A DNA stretch of 64,000 bases, taken from Candidatus Binataceae bacterium. Lineage in GTDB: Bacteria > Desulfobacterota > Binatia > Binatales > Binataceae. Under the pieces are notes generated by a model. The model was not told the origin of the DNA. It worked only from the letters and a program-made list of their open reading frames with translations, and made no database searches. The stretch is from contig CAWCTG010000032.1 in assembly GCA_963798375.1 (NCBI GenBank), forward strand, positions 72,232-136,231, in the 5' to 3' direction. The position numbers were made by a program, and so were the translations under genes. Below, piece after piece: positions 50,892 through 60,524 of the stretch (its first letter is position 1; each line of letters begins with the position of its first letter).

Positions 50892-51656
50892 ATGATATTC
50901 GGTGTAGTCATCTTAATCGCCGCAATCTTCATTCTGAGCGGGGTCAAAGTCCTTAACGAATATCAGCGCGCCGTAGTCTTCCGCCTGGGGCGGCTCATGC
51001 GGTACCGCGGCCCCGGCATAATTTACGTGGTCCCCCTGGTGGAGCGGATGGTCCGGATCGATCTGCGTACCGTCGTGCTCGACATCCCGCCGCAGGACGT
51101 AATCACCAAGGACAACGTGACCGTCAAGGTGAGCGCGGTGCTCTACTTCCGGGTGATCGATCCGTCGCGCGCGGTCACCGAGGTGGCAAATTACCTGTTC
51201 GCCACCATGCAGCTCGCGCAGACCACCCTGCGCTCCGTTGGCGGACAGACCGAACTCGACGAACTTCTGAGCCAGCGCGACAAAGTCAACGCGCGCATCC
51301 AGGCGATCGTCGATGCCCAAACCGAGCCGTGGGGAATCAAGGTCATGCTCGTCGAGCTGAAGAACATTGATCTGCCGCAGGACATGCAGCGCGCGATCGC
51401 CGCCCAGGCCGAGGCCGAGCGCGAACGGCGCGCCAAGGTGATCGCGGCCGAGGGCGAATTTCAGGCGGCGCAGCGCCTGGCCGAGGCGGCGGAAATCATG
51501 GGCAAAAGCCCGATCACGCTCCAGCTTCGCTACCTGCAGACGCTTGCCGAGATCGCGACCGAGCATAATTCGACCACCGTGTTTCCCCTCCCGATCGATC
51601 TGCTCGAGCCCTTTCGCAAGCTGGCAGGCGGCGGCGACGCCGACAAGCCGAAGTAA
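50892..51656 (+). CDS. SPFH/band-7 (stomatin/prohibitin-like) membrane protein
   Basis: N-terminal TM; SPFH core [18 protein letters not shown]...; C-terminal coiled coil [22 protein letters not shown]. Confidence 0.85.
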   Translation: MIFGVVILIAAIFILSGVKVLNEYQRAVVFRLGRLMRYRGPGIIYVVPLVERMVRIDLRTVVLDIPPQDVITKDNVTVKVSAVLYFRVIDPSRAVTEVANYLFATMQLAQTTLRSVGGQTELDELLSQRDKVNARIQAIVDAQTEPWGIKVMLVELKNIDLPQDMQRAIAAQAEAERERRAKVIAAEGEFQAAQRLAEAAEIMGKSPITLQLRYLQTLAEIATEHNSTTVFPLPIDLLEPFRKLAGGGDADKPK

Positions 51657-51954
51657 GGGGAGGTCATCGCGGCGCCGTGGACAGATGGCGCCGGCAGTGG
51701 TCGGATCGCTGAGCTGATTTCGACGACGGCCCTGGGCACGCCTGATTGTGGTTGACAAAAGCTTGGAATAAATGTTGCTGATGCTTTAAAGTAAGCGGAT
51801 GAAGGGAGGCTAATGCGTTGGGAAAAACGGAACTGAGGATGCTATCGTCGCACGATGTTCCCAACCATTGTGTCTCAAACGAATACACCTGTGTAGCCTT
51901 TCGTCATGATGTTTGGTAGCGAAGCGAAACGCCTTAGACAAAAGAAGGAGCAGA

Positions 51955-52368
51955 ATGGTCATGTCAGAAAATTCACCGGCGAAGATTCGATCGAAGGGCT
52001 GGAGCTGGACGCCCTTGGCGGCGGGAGTAGCGATGATGCTGGCGCCGGCATTGATCCCAACCGTCGTACGTGCCGCCGAAGTCGATCTGAAGGCCGCGGC
52101 CAGTAATTATTCGGATTCGTGCGTGGACTGCCATGGTGAGTCGGGCAAAGGCGACGGTAAAAAGGCGGCCGACCTGAAGGTCAAGCCCGCCGACTATACC
52201 AATTGCGCAGAGATGACGAAGTTGAGCGACGATTATCTCTTCAACGTCATCAAAAACGGCGGCAAGTCGGTGCACAAGAGCGAGGCCATGGCCGACTTCG
52301 GCAAGGCCTACGACGACGACGAGATTCACGGGCTTGTCGCCTACGTCCGCACGTTCTGCAAAAAGTGA
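51955..52368 (+). CDS. Monoheme class-I cytochrome c, third and more divergent paralog
   Basis: Signal peptide; CVDCHGESGKGDG; C-terminus LVAYVRTFCKK. Confidence 0.75.
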   Translation: MVMSENSPAKIRSKGWSWTPLAAGVAMMLAPALIPTVVRAAEVDLKAAASNYSDSCVDCHGESGKGDGKKAADLKVKPADYTNCAEMTKLSDDYLFNVIKNGGKSVHKSEAMADFGKAYDDDEIHGLVAYVRTFCKK

Positions 52369-52917
52369 GTGCGGCTAGCCGTGCCCGACGGTAATCGCGC
52401 ACAATTTGCGGTCTCGGAAGCCGGCGAAGTTATCGAGAGCGAACCGCGGCGGAAGTTCCTGGCGCGTCTGTTCTGGGGCGCGATGGCCATTGTCAGCGCC
52501 GCCATCGCGGCGCCCGTCATTTCCTATCTGATTATCCCGCTGTTGCGGCCGGGTGAGTCCAACGATTGGGTAAAGATGGGAAACATCGCCGACCTTCCGC
52601 TCAACCTTCCCCAGCGGCTCGAGGTCGGCCGGCGCGTGGTCGAGGGATGGGAAACGGACGATTCGCAGGTGACGGCCTGGGTGGTGCGGATGCCGGACAA
52701 AATCTACGTTTTCGATCCGCATTGCACGCACTTGGGATGCGCCTACCGATGGGTCGAGCAGGAAAAGCAGTTCTTCTGCCCATGCCATGCCGGCGTATTC
52801 AGCCTAACCGGGCAGGTGGTCAGCGGCCCTCCCCCACGTCCGCTGGACGTTTACGCGCACGAGGTCCGCGAGGGCGCCCTTTATGTGGTCCCGACTCCAA
52901 CTAAGCAAGTGGTTTGA
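52369..52917 (+). CDS. Rieske [2Fe-2S] iron-sulfur protein with twin-arginine signal
   Basis: RRKFLARL Tat motif; Rieske boxes CTHLGC and CPCHAGVF; GTG start directly after the upstream stop. Confidence 0.85.
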   Translation: MRLAVPDGNRAQFAVSEAGEVIESEPRRKFLARLFWGAMAIVSAAIAAPVISYLIIPLLRPGESNDWVKMGNIADLPLNLPQRLEVGRRVVEGWETDDSQVTAWVVRMPDKIYVFDPHCTHLGCAYRWVEQEKQFFCPCHAGVFSLTGQVVSGPPPRPLDVYAHEVREGALYVVPTPTKQVV

Positions 52918-54619
52918 CGAGCGCCTCGGCACGCGGGCGATCCGCGTCGCGCTCTTCGATCGCAACATTCCGAAAAGCAGCCCGCTGGTCGAGTGGATCT
53001 ACACGCTCGGCAGCGTGCTGCTGTTCTTTTTCATCCTTCAAGCAGTGACCGGCATGATGCTGGCGATGAACTATGTGGCCAGCCCCGATCACGCCTTCGA
53101 CGCCGCGCGTTACATCTCGCTGCGCGCTCCCATGGGCCAGTTCATCCGTGGGCTTCATTCGTGGGGCGCAACCGCGATGGTGGTGGTGATCGGCGCGCAC
53201 ATGCTGACCACCTTTCTCTCCGGCAGCTACAAGTATCCGCGCGAATCGACCTGGATTACCGGCGTCGTCCTGTTCCTGATCGTGATGTTGTTCGGATTCA
53301 CCGGATATCTGCTGCCCTGGAACCAGAAGTCGTACTGGGCGACCGTGGTCGGCACCAACATCGCGGGCGCGACTCCCTACATCGGGCAGTACATCGTGCG
53401 CTTCTTCCGCGGTGGCAGCGAGGTCGGCCCGCAAACGTTGACCAGATTCTACGCCCTGCACGTGCTGATGCTGCCGGCGGCGCTGATCGTTTTCGTCTCG
53501 GTGCATCTTTTCATGGTCGTGCGCCAGGGCATCTCGGCGCCTCCCAAGCGGCATCCCGAATACGGCCGCCACGGTATCAACGCCCAGCTCGGCATCGACC
53601 CCGGGCTTGGTGTCGGCACCCAGCTCAGCGTCGACGACCAGCGCAGCCGGGCGGCCGACGAATATCATCACGAGAAAGAGGCCGGCGAGTCCTTCTATCC
53701 GTTTTATCTGTCCAAAGACGCTGTCGCCGTGCTGCTGGCGCTTTCGGTGCTGGTGATTTTGGTCTTGAAGTATCCGGCCGAGATCGGCGAGATCGCCGAC
53801 CCCGCCAGCACCAGCTACAATCCGCGCCCGGACTGGTACTTCCTGTTCCTGTTCCAGGCGCTCAAGTATTTTCCCGGCAGCATGGAATCGGTCGCGGCAG
53901 TCATGCTGCCGGGGCTTGCGTTGCTGGTCCTCGTCACAGTGCCCTTCTTCGATCGGCGGATGCGCCAGCATCCGCTGGACCGCCCGATCGCAACCGGCTT
54001 TGCGCTCTCCACGCTGGTCGGCGTGATCGCGTTGACCGTGATCGGCGCGCGATCGCCGCTGCTCAACCCATATGTGCCGGAGCTGCCGACCGTCGCCGAG
54101 GGTCACCGGCTCTTTCACACGCTCAATTGCGCATACTGCCACGCCGTCAATGGCCGCGGGAGCAGGATTGGGCCCGATCTGATGCTGGATCCCCTCAAGC
54201 ACGACAAGGCTTGGATAGTCCTCCATCTCGAGCGGCCCGGCGAAGTCTTTCGGCCCGGCGCCCGCACCGCAATGACCGGATTGTTGCCGGAGGAAAGCGC
54301 GGACCTGTTCGACTACATCAATGAGCTGCAGGGCGGCGGCCCCTATAGCGACAAGGCGTCCCGGCTGTTCTACCGAAATTGCGGCAAGTGCCACATGGTG
54401 GCAGGCCACGGCGGCGCCAAGGCTCCCGATCTGAGCGGAATCGGGCTGGTGCGGTCGGTTTCGTTCATCCACCGCTACATCGAGGATCCGAAGGCCCTCT
54501 ACAGCCAGACCAAGATGCCGCCGTTCTTGCAGCCGCAGGGCAAGCTGACCCACCCCGAAATCGAGGACATCGCGCGCTTTCTCGCGCATCAGCGCACACC
54601 GGCGCCACCTAAAAACTGA
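52883..54619 (+). CDS. Cytochrome b (b6 plus subunit-IV-like, fused) with a C-terminal dihaem cytochrome c domain: the cytochrome b/c subunit of a Rieske/cyt b complex
   Basis: Cytochrome b6 N-terminus LSKWFDERLG; haem-ligating His in TM helices; PEWY-like region PDWYFLFLFQALK; two C-terminal CXXCH (CAYCH, CGKCH). Confidence 0.85.
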   Translation: MWSRLQLSKWFDERLGTRAIRVALFDRNIPKSSPLVEWIYTLGSVLLFFFILQAVTGMMLAMNYVASPDHAFDAARYISLRAPMGQFIRGLHSWGATAMVVVIGAHMLTTFLSGSYKYPRESTWITGVVLFLIVMLFGFTGYLLPWNQKSYWATVVGTNIAGATPYIGQYIVRFFRGGSEVGPQTLTRFYALHVLMLPAALIVFVSVHLFMVVRQGISAPPKRHPEYGRHGINAQLGIDPGLGVGTQLSVDDQRSRAADEYHHEKEAGESFYPFYLSKDAVAVLLALSVLVILVLKYPAEIGEIADPASTSYNPRPDWYFLFLFQALKYFPGSMESVAAVMLPGLALLVLVTVPFFDRRMRQHPLDRPIATGFALSTLVGVIALTVIGARSPLLNPYVPELPTVAEGHRLFHTLNCAYCHAVNGRGSRIGPDLMLDPLKHDKAWIVLHLERPGEVFRPGARTAMTGLLPEESADLFDYINELQGGGPYSDKASRLFYRNCGKCHMVAGHGGAKAPDLSGIGLVRSVSFIHRYIEDPKALYSQTKMPPFLQPQGKLTHPEIEDIARFLAHQRTPAPPKN

Positions 54620-56267
54620 TCCGCGCGCCCCCCGCCGATCCCCTAAAAGCTGTTGAAATTGGAGTGGCGGTCATCCTCGCCCGATCGGAAGATCGGGTGG
54701 AGTTTAACGAGGAGGACGCCCTGAGGAAGGGTGCCAAGAGGTGAGGGAGTGGAAAGACAGCCGTTGGCGAAGGACAACTGTGGTTGCGATATGCGGGTTT
54801 GTACGCGAGGCGAAGTTCGGCCGATCGCTGGCAACGGAATCCGCGCCTGTCAGCAAATGTGGATAGCCGAATCTGCATTGCGTCAGCGCGAGAGGCGAAC
54901 CGTGAAGCGACAAGCGGAGGATGCCGCTAATGAGAATTCACGAGAACGAGAACCGGAATGTCCGAACTAAAGACAAATGGAAGAATGCAAGCAGGATTCA
55001 AGAACGCTCAACTTGAAGCAGACTGTCGAGAACGTCTTCGACAGAAGCTGACAGTTGCGTCAATGAGGCGGCATGCCTTCCTGGTAGTACGAACACCATA
55101 ATGATTCCCAGTTTCTCGAATTTGCCGAGGTTGGACAAACTCAGGGCACTTGCTATCGAACTTAATTCCGCACTGCTCGAAGAATTCGACTCTTACAATG
55201 ACGTTCCTCTAGACGAGCGGTCGCTTCTCAAAAGGGAAGGCTGAGAACTTAGCGCGATGGGATACGGGCCGATTTGGATCATACTGGGCGCGGGCGTCTG
55301 CCCGATCCGATGAAACATGTTCAAAGCGATAGCGAGCCTCGCTCGCGCTTGTGGGCCGTTTTCGTGGCTGGCACTCTTAAGAATTCTTTGGCATTTGGCG
55401 GCGGAAAGCCGATAGCAAGTAGTGGGTTCGAATTTTGTGACTAACCGGGGGACTGTTTATGTCGATTTTTCGGACCGCTCTCGGTATGCGCCACGGCTAT
55501 GGGATCAGGGAGTGGCGCAGCGCCTCCTTGAGCAGCCACCATGGAGCTCTTAGCGGAGAGTCCGACGCCCACGGGGATGCTGGCATGCGAGAATAATAAG
55601 AGTCACGCAATCAGTTTCACCATGTCGGAAAGTCGAAAAAAGTGCCAAACGATATCGCGCTCGATGGCCCAGGCCCGCAGGGCCCGCCGGGTCCAGCCTC
55701 GACAACTATCGTCCCAACCGCCTCGCAGGTCTGCGATTGCTATTGTACCGCACCCCCGTGCGATTACAATTCCCCGAACGCAGAAGTTGTTTCGCAATGC
55801 CCGGATGGTGAAGTCGTCGTCGGCGGCACCTACACCTTCGACTTTGACGAGTATTATAATAAAGCCTTTGATTTCTGGGCAGTTCGGCTTGCGGGCTTCC
55901 CGATCTCACGCGGTGACCGATGGGTTATGTCGGATAGCGCTTGAGGTCGATTCACCGTCCACTGAATCAACACGGCTATACCAACGGTTTTCCGAGCTGA
56001 TGCAGGGCAGCGCTACTGTATTGCCTACCGTCGAAGCCACCCCATCGGTGTCATACGACGGGGATTCGGCGTCGTCACCGAAGAAGAAGTAGCGACACGG
56101 AAAGGAGAGCCTGAGGGAAGAAAAGTCTTTTTGGCATACCGTCACGTCCGCCAGGTCGAACTGAGCCCGCAGCACTGCGACTTATCGTCATCGAGCGCGA
56201 GCGTACTCGCGGCCTTGAGATTTGCGACAGACGCGACGAATAGCGTCCGCTTCGATCACTCCGATGA

Positions 56268-56651
56268 CTACTTCGAACGCTTTTCTGCCGAAAAGGAACC
56301 AATGGCTTTTTCTGCTTTTTGCAGACGGTCTAGCTCCTCACGCTTATGTCTATCCTGATCGAGAATTAAAAAGATCGCCTGCTTAAGCATCTCAAAGGCG
56401 TTGAGGCATTGAGTCTCCTCAAGTTCGTGGATACCAATCGATAAAATCGCATATACCTTTTTGTTGCGAACAAGAAACTCCGGCAGGTGGTGCTTAAGGA
56501 ACTCAATCTTCTCTTCCATGCGCTTGCCAACGAAGTCGGCGTCCTTCCAGCCTTCTGGCGCCTTGAATTCTTCGAACCGCCGTGTGATCAGCCTTTCGAA
56601 TACACGCCGCAGATAGACGAAAGAACCGACGCTCGACGCCGTGGGCGGCAA
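56268..56651 (-). CDS. Hypothetical protein in low-GC island (K/E-rich, 127 aa)
   Basis: Longest ORF in the AT-richer island; no recognisable motif. Confidence 0.3.
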   Translation of the reverse strand: MPPTASSVGSFVYLRRVFERLITRRFEEFKAPEGWKDADFVGKRMEEKIEFLKHHLPEFLVRNKKVYAILSIGIHELEETQCLNAFEMLKQAIFLILDQDRHKREELDRLQKAEKAIGSFSAEKRSK

Positions 56652-57457
56652 GCCGATTGCTCGATGGAGTTCTACGCCGTCGACTGGGTTAAGAACCTGT
56701 CGATAGTTGCGGCTTTCGTCGTTGGCTATATCTGAAGCGAAGGGTACTGCCCGATTTTTTAAATCAGCGGCTTCTTGAGCTTCAACACAAAAAGGATTGT
56801 GTGCTTCGCGTTACGGGCACAGGCAATTTCGAAACCGAGAGCCGGAATATTTTCGACCGCATATTTGAGGTTCCCGATCTCTATATCGCCAGCAGTGCGG
56901 CTAAGCGTGGGAGCCTTATGGAAGTGCGGGCAGTACCCATCTACGACATGAGGGTGATTGAACATATAGAATATGCCACGCCGCTGTCGCCCAGTTTGGC
57001 AGAGTCGAAATCATACTCGGCATACAGGGGTGCACCGAACAGAAAGTCCTGAATTGAAGATAGCAACGGGAATTTAGGCCCAGAATTGGATTCGGAAATT
57101 TCCGTAGAGTCCATTCTTTCGTATCATGTTGCAACCCGATTTCGACCCCGCGCCAACGACAGTGCGCAGCCAGCTTGGAAGGAAATCGCGCCGTGGGCCG
57201 CCCCTTGCGCGCGGCGGCGAGAAGGCTTGTCGAAAGGTCGTGCCAAACGACTGACAAACCGTGCAGAAATAGACCGAGCAGCATCGACCTGATTTCGACA
57301 AAACCTTTATTTAAGGCGCGTTTTGTTCTTTCACGGATCGAATGCTCGAACTGCTAAGAATGAGAGCCTGTTCCACGCGCGCGCGAACGCGTATAGTCAG
57401 AGGGACCGATCCAGCCACTGTGCATTCTCAAAACTCTGACACCTAGGTGAAGCATCC

Positions 57458-58576
57458 ATGATGCCCTCGATCGACTTCGCGAAAGCTCCCTTTCTGGTTA
57501 TCTGGGAAACGACTCAGGCCTGCGACCTCGCCTGCAGCCATTGCCGCGCCTCGGCTCAACCGCTGCGCCATTGCGACGAACTGACCACCGCGCAAGGCTT
57601 CGCGCTGCTTGCCGAGACCGCTGCGATGGGCACTCCGGTGTTTATCTTAAGCGGTGGCGACCCGCTCAAACGTCCCGACCTGTTGGACCTCGTGCGCGAG
57701 GGCAAGCGGCTCGGTCTGCGCATGGGAACCATTCCGGCGGCGACTCCAGCACTTACTCCGACCGTGGTCCGCCAGTTGAAGGAGGCGGGCCTGGACCAGA
57801 TGGCGCTGAGCCTCGATTATCCGCGCGCTGACCTTCACGACGGTTTCCGCGGAGTACCAGGGGCCTTCAACAAGACAATGGCGGCGGTCGAATGGGCGCA
57901 CCAATGTGGTCTGCCGCTACAGATCAACACGACCCTGTGGGCTGGTTCGGCGCCGTTTCTGTCCGAGATGGCTGAATTGGTCGAACGTCTTCGAGCAGTC
58001 TTCTGGGAAGTGTTCTTCCTGGTCCCGATGGGTCGCGGCGAGGTCCTGGACGGAGTCGCGGCGAACCAGTGTGAGGAACTCTTCGCGACCTTATACGCGG
58101 TTCAGAAAAAGTCGCACTTCGTCGTGAAGGTGACCGAGGCGCCCCACTACCGGCGCTATGTCGCGCAGCACGAGGCGGGAAGCAGCGGTGCGCAGTACCA
58201 GGGCCACCCCGGCTCGGTGGCGATGCCCGACATGCTTCGGCGATCGGAAGGCCCGGGGCACACCGTTGGGCTTGCGCCTCACGGCGTCAACGCTGGCAAG
58301 GGCTTTGTCTTCGTGTCCCACCTGGGCGAGGTCTATCCGAGCGGATTCCTGCCGGTTTCTGCCGGAAACGTGCGGTCGCAAAGCTTGGCCGAGATTTATC
58401 GTGACTCCGAGCTCTTCCGCACGCTGCGTGACCCCGCCGCCCTGCGCGGCAGGTGCGGGCGGTGCGAGTATCGCAGCTTCTGCGGCGGCTCTCGCTCGCG
58501 CGCCTATGCGTTGACCGGCGACTTTCTCGCGACTGACCCGTGGTGCAACTATCAACCTGCCCGGTCTGCCGCTTAG
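57458..58576 (+). CDS. Radical SAM / SPASM-domain enzyme (AhbD/NirJ/PqqE-like)
   Basis: CxxxCxxC cluster TTQACDLACSHCRA near the N-terminus; C-terminal SPASM Cys motif CGRCEYRSFCGG. Confidence 0.85.
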   Translation: MMPSIDFAKAPFLVIWETTQACDLACSHCRASAQPLRHCDELTTAQGFALLAETAAMGTPVFILSGGDPLKRPDLLDLVREGKRLGLRMGTIPAATPALTPTVVRQLKEAGLDQMALSLDYPRADLHDGFRGVPGAFNKTMAAVEWAHQCGLPLQINTTLWAGSAPFLSEMAELVERLRAVFWEVFFLVPMGRGEVLDGVAANQCEELFATLYAVQKKSHFVVKVTEAPHYRRYVAQHEAGSSGAQYQGHPGSVAMPDMLRRSEGPGHTVGLAPHGVNAGKGFVFVSHLGEVYPSGFLPVSAGNVRSQSLAEIYRDSELFRTLRDPAALRGRCGRCEYRSFCGGSRSRAYALTGDFLATDPWCNYQPARSAA

Positions 58577-58667
58577 CAAGGCCCTGCGGCTGGCAAAAAC
58601 CTCGTCCGGTGACGCGCTCGCCGGCGATCCTCTGTGCGCCGCCATCCCGGCGAAGGCTGAGACTCCG

Positions 58668-60467
58668 CTACCCCTTGCGAAGCGCAACCGCGGCGCGGGC
58701 CGGCTCGATCGCGCCGTAGCATACGATCGGATCGAACAGGTCGAGTATGGTGCGATCGTCGGACAGCAGACCGCGCATCGGATGGCGCCCGAGATGCGCT
58801 TGCGCGAACAGATGCGCGATCACCGCCTTGCGCGCGCTGCCCGAAGTGCTGAGCTCGAAGGCGGCCTCCTGGAGCAGCAAGGCGGCGGAGGCCGCGTCAG
58901 CGAGATAGTTGCCGAACACGCGCGCGCGCAATTGCGCGACCTCGCGATCGAGACGTGAGAGATGTGCGAGCGCCTCGCGCACTTCGCCGAGCGCGCGCGC
59001 CACCGTCTCGCGCGTGGCCGCCAGCAGGGCGCCTGCGGTCTCGACCCGTTCGCCGAGCGCGGCGAAGGCGGCCTGCATCACCTGCTCGCTGCGCAGCGCG
59101 CGCAGGATGTCAAGGCAGATGATGTTCTCGGTGCCTTCCCAGATCGTGTTGCTCTGCGCGTCGCGCAACTGGCGCGCGAGCGGCCAGTTTTCGACATAAC
59201 CGTTGCCGCCATGGACTTCGACGGCCTGCGAGGCGAACTCGACCCCGCGCCGGCTGGCGCGCATCTTCGCGACCGGCACGAGCAGGCGCGCGAGCGCGCT
59301 ATCGTCCGAGGTGGAGGCGAAAACCAGCGCTGCGGCGGCCTCCAGCTCGACCATCATGCCCACCAGCATCTCGCGCATCATCGGTAGATCGCGCAGCGCG
59401 TGGCCGAACGCGCGGCGATGCCACGAGAAGATCGCAGACTCGAGGAACGAGCGGCGCATGATGCCAAGGCCCATCACGGCGATGCCGCGTCGCGAGTCGT
59501 TCACCATCTCCATCATTCGGTTGATCCCCTGGCCGTCCTTCGCCGTGCCGCCGCTGCCGGCGAGCAGAGACGCTTCGGCGTCGATGAAGTCCACTTCGGC
59601 GGTGGGCACCGCGCGGGTGCCGAGCTTGTCCTTGAGGCGGCGAATGGAGATGCCGTTGCGCGAGCCGTCGCGGCGCAGGCGCGGCAGCAGAAACAGCGCG
59701 ACGCCGCGCAGTCCGTCGTCGCCGCCCTCGGGGCGGGCGAGCGTCGCGATCGCGCTGGCATCGACATTTGAGCAGAACCACTTGGAGCCGTTCAGGATCC
59801 AGCGATCGCCGTCGCGGCGCGCGGTGGTGGTGAGCGTGGCGAGGTCGGAGCCGCCGGTTTTCTCGGTCATGAACATCGCGCCGTCCCACGCGTCGTCGAA
59901 GTGCTCAGCGGTGAGATGCGGCATGAACTCGCGCTGCACCTCCGGCGGCGCGAAGCGGCGCACCAGGCCGATCACTCCGCTGGTCATGCCGACCGAGCAG
60001 AGCATCCCAATCTCGGCCTGCGATAGCATGTAGTTGAGCGCGGTCGGGACCACCTCGGGCAGGTGGCGGCCGCGGCGGCGCGCTTCACTGTACAGACGTG
60101 GTCCGCTTACGCCGGCTTCCCACAGGTCGCGCTTGGTGGCGAGTGCGCCGGGATGGTGGCGCACTTCGTCGAGCGGATCGCCCCAGCGGTCGAACTTGAC
60201 GAGTTCGGATGAATGCTTGTCGGTGACCTCAGCGCGCGCGGCGACCGGACCGCCGCACAGCGCCCCGACCTTGCGCAGTTCCGGCTCGAGCCAGTCGAAA
60301 TCGGCGGGGTCGAGCAAACGGCGCATCTGAAGTTGCAGGTTGGGATCGATATCGTACCAGTTAAGTCCGATTGCGCTCTGGAATTGCGCGTAGTCAATCA
60401 TGGCCGGGTCTCCCGCTGCGGCAAGGCGCCAGAGATTCGAAGCACGGCGGCGCCGCGCTCGACTCAA
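58668..60467 (-). CDS. Acyl-CoA dehydrogenase family protein (long, ~600 aa)
   Basis: ACAD middle and C-terminal domain motifs; FAD-binding region TEKTGGSD. Confidence 0.85.
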   Translation of the reverse strand: MSRARRRRASNLWRLAAAGDPAMIDYAQFQSAIGLNWYDIDPNLQLQMRRLLDPADFDWLEPELRKVGALCGGPVAARAEVTDKHSSELVKFDRWGDPLDEVRHHPGALATKRDLWEAGVSGPRLYSEARRRGRHLPEVVPTALNYMLSQAEIGMLCSVGMTSGVIGLVRRFAPPEVQREFMPHLTAEHFDDAWDGAMFMTEKTGGSDLATLTTTARRDGDRWILNGSKWFCSNVDASAIATLARPEGGDDGLRGVALFLLPRLRRDGSRNGISIRRLKDKLGTRAVPTAEVDFIDAEASLLAGSGGTAKDGQGINRMMEMVNDSRRGIAVMGLGIMRRSFLESAIFSWHRRAFGHALRDLPMMREMLVGMMVELEAAAALVFASTSDDSALARLLVPVAKMRASRRGVEFASQAVEVHGGNGYVENWPLARQLRDAQSNTIWEGTENIICLDILRALRSEQVMQAAFAALGERVETAGALLAATRETVARALGEVREALAHLSRLDREVAQLRARVFGNYLADAASAALLLQEAAFELSTSGSARKAVIAHLFAQAHLGRHPMRGLLSDDRTILDLFDPIVCYGAIEPARAAVALRKG

Positions 60468-60524
60468 AAATTACTCGCGCGCGTGCAAGCTGTCCATCGA
60501 AGCGCCGGATTCTCCGCGCGGCGG

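Noticed and set aside
55642-55944. Calling the collagen-like, Cys-rich 100-aa ORF as a definite gene or RiPP precursor
   Set aside because: It has no SD and overlaps several other small ORFs in a compositionally odd island. It is kept only as an observation.
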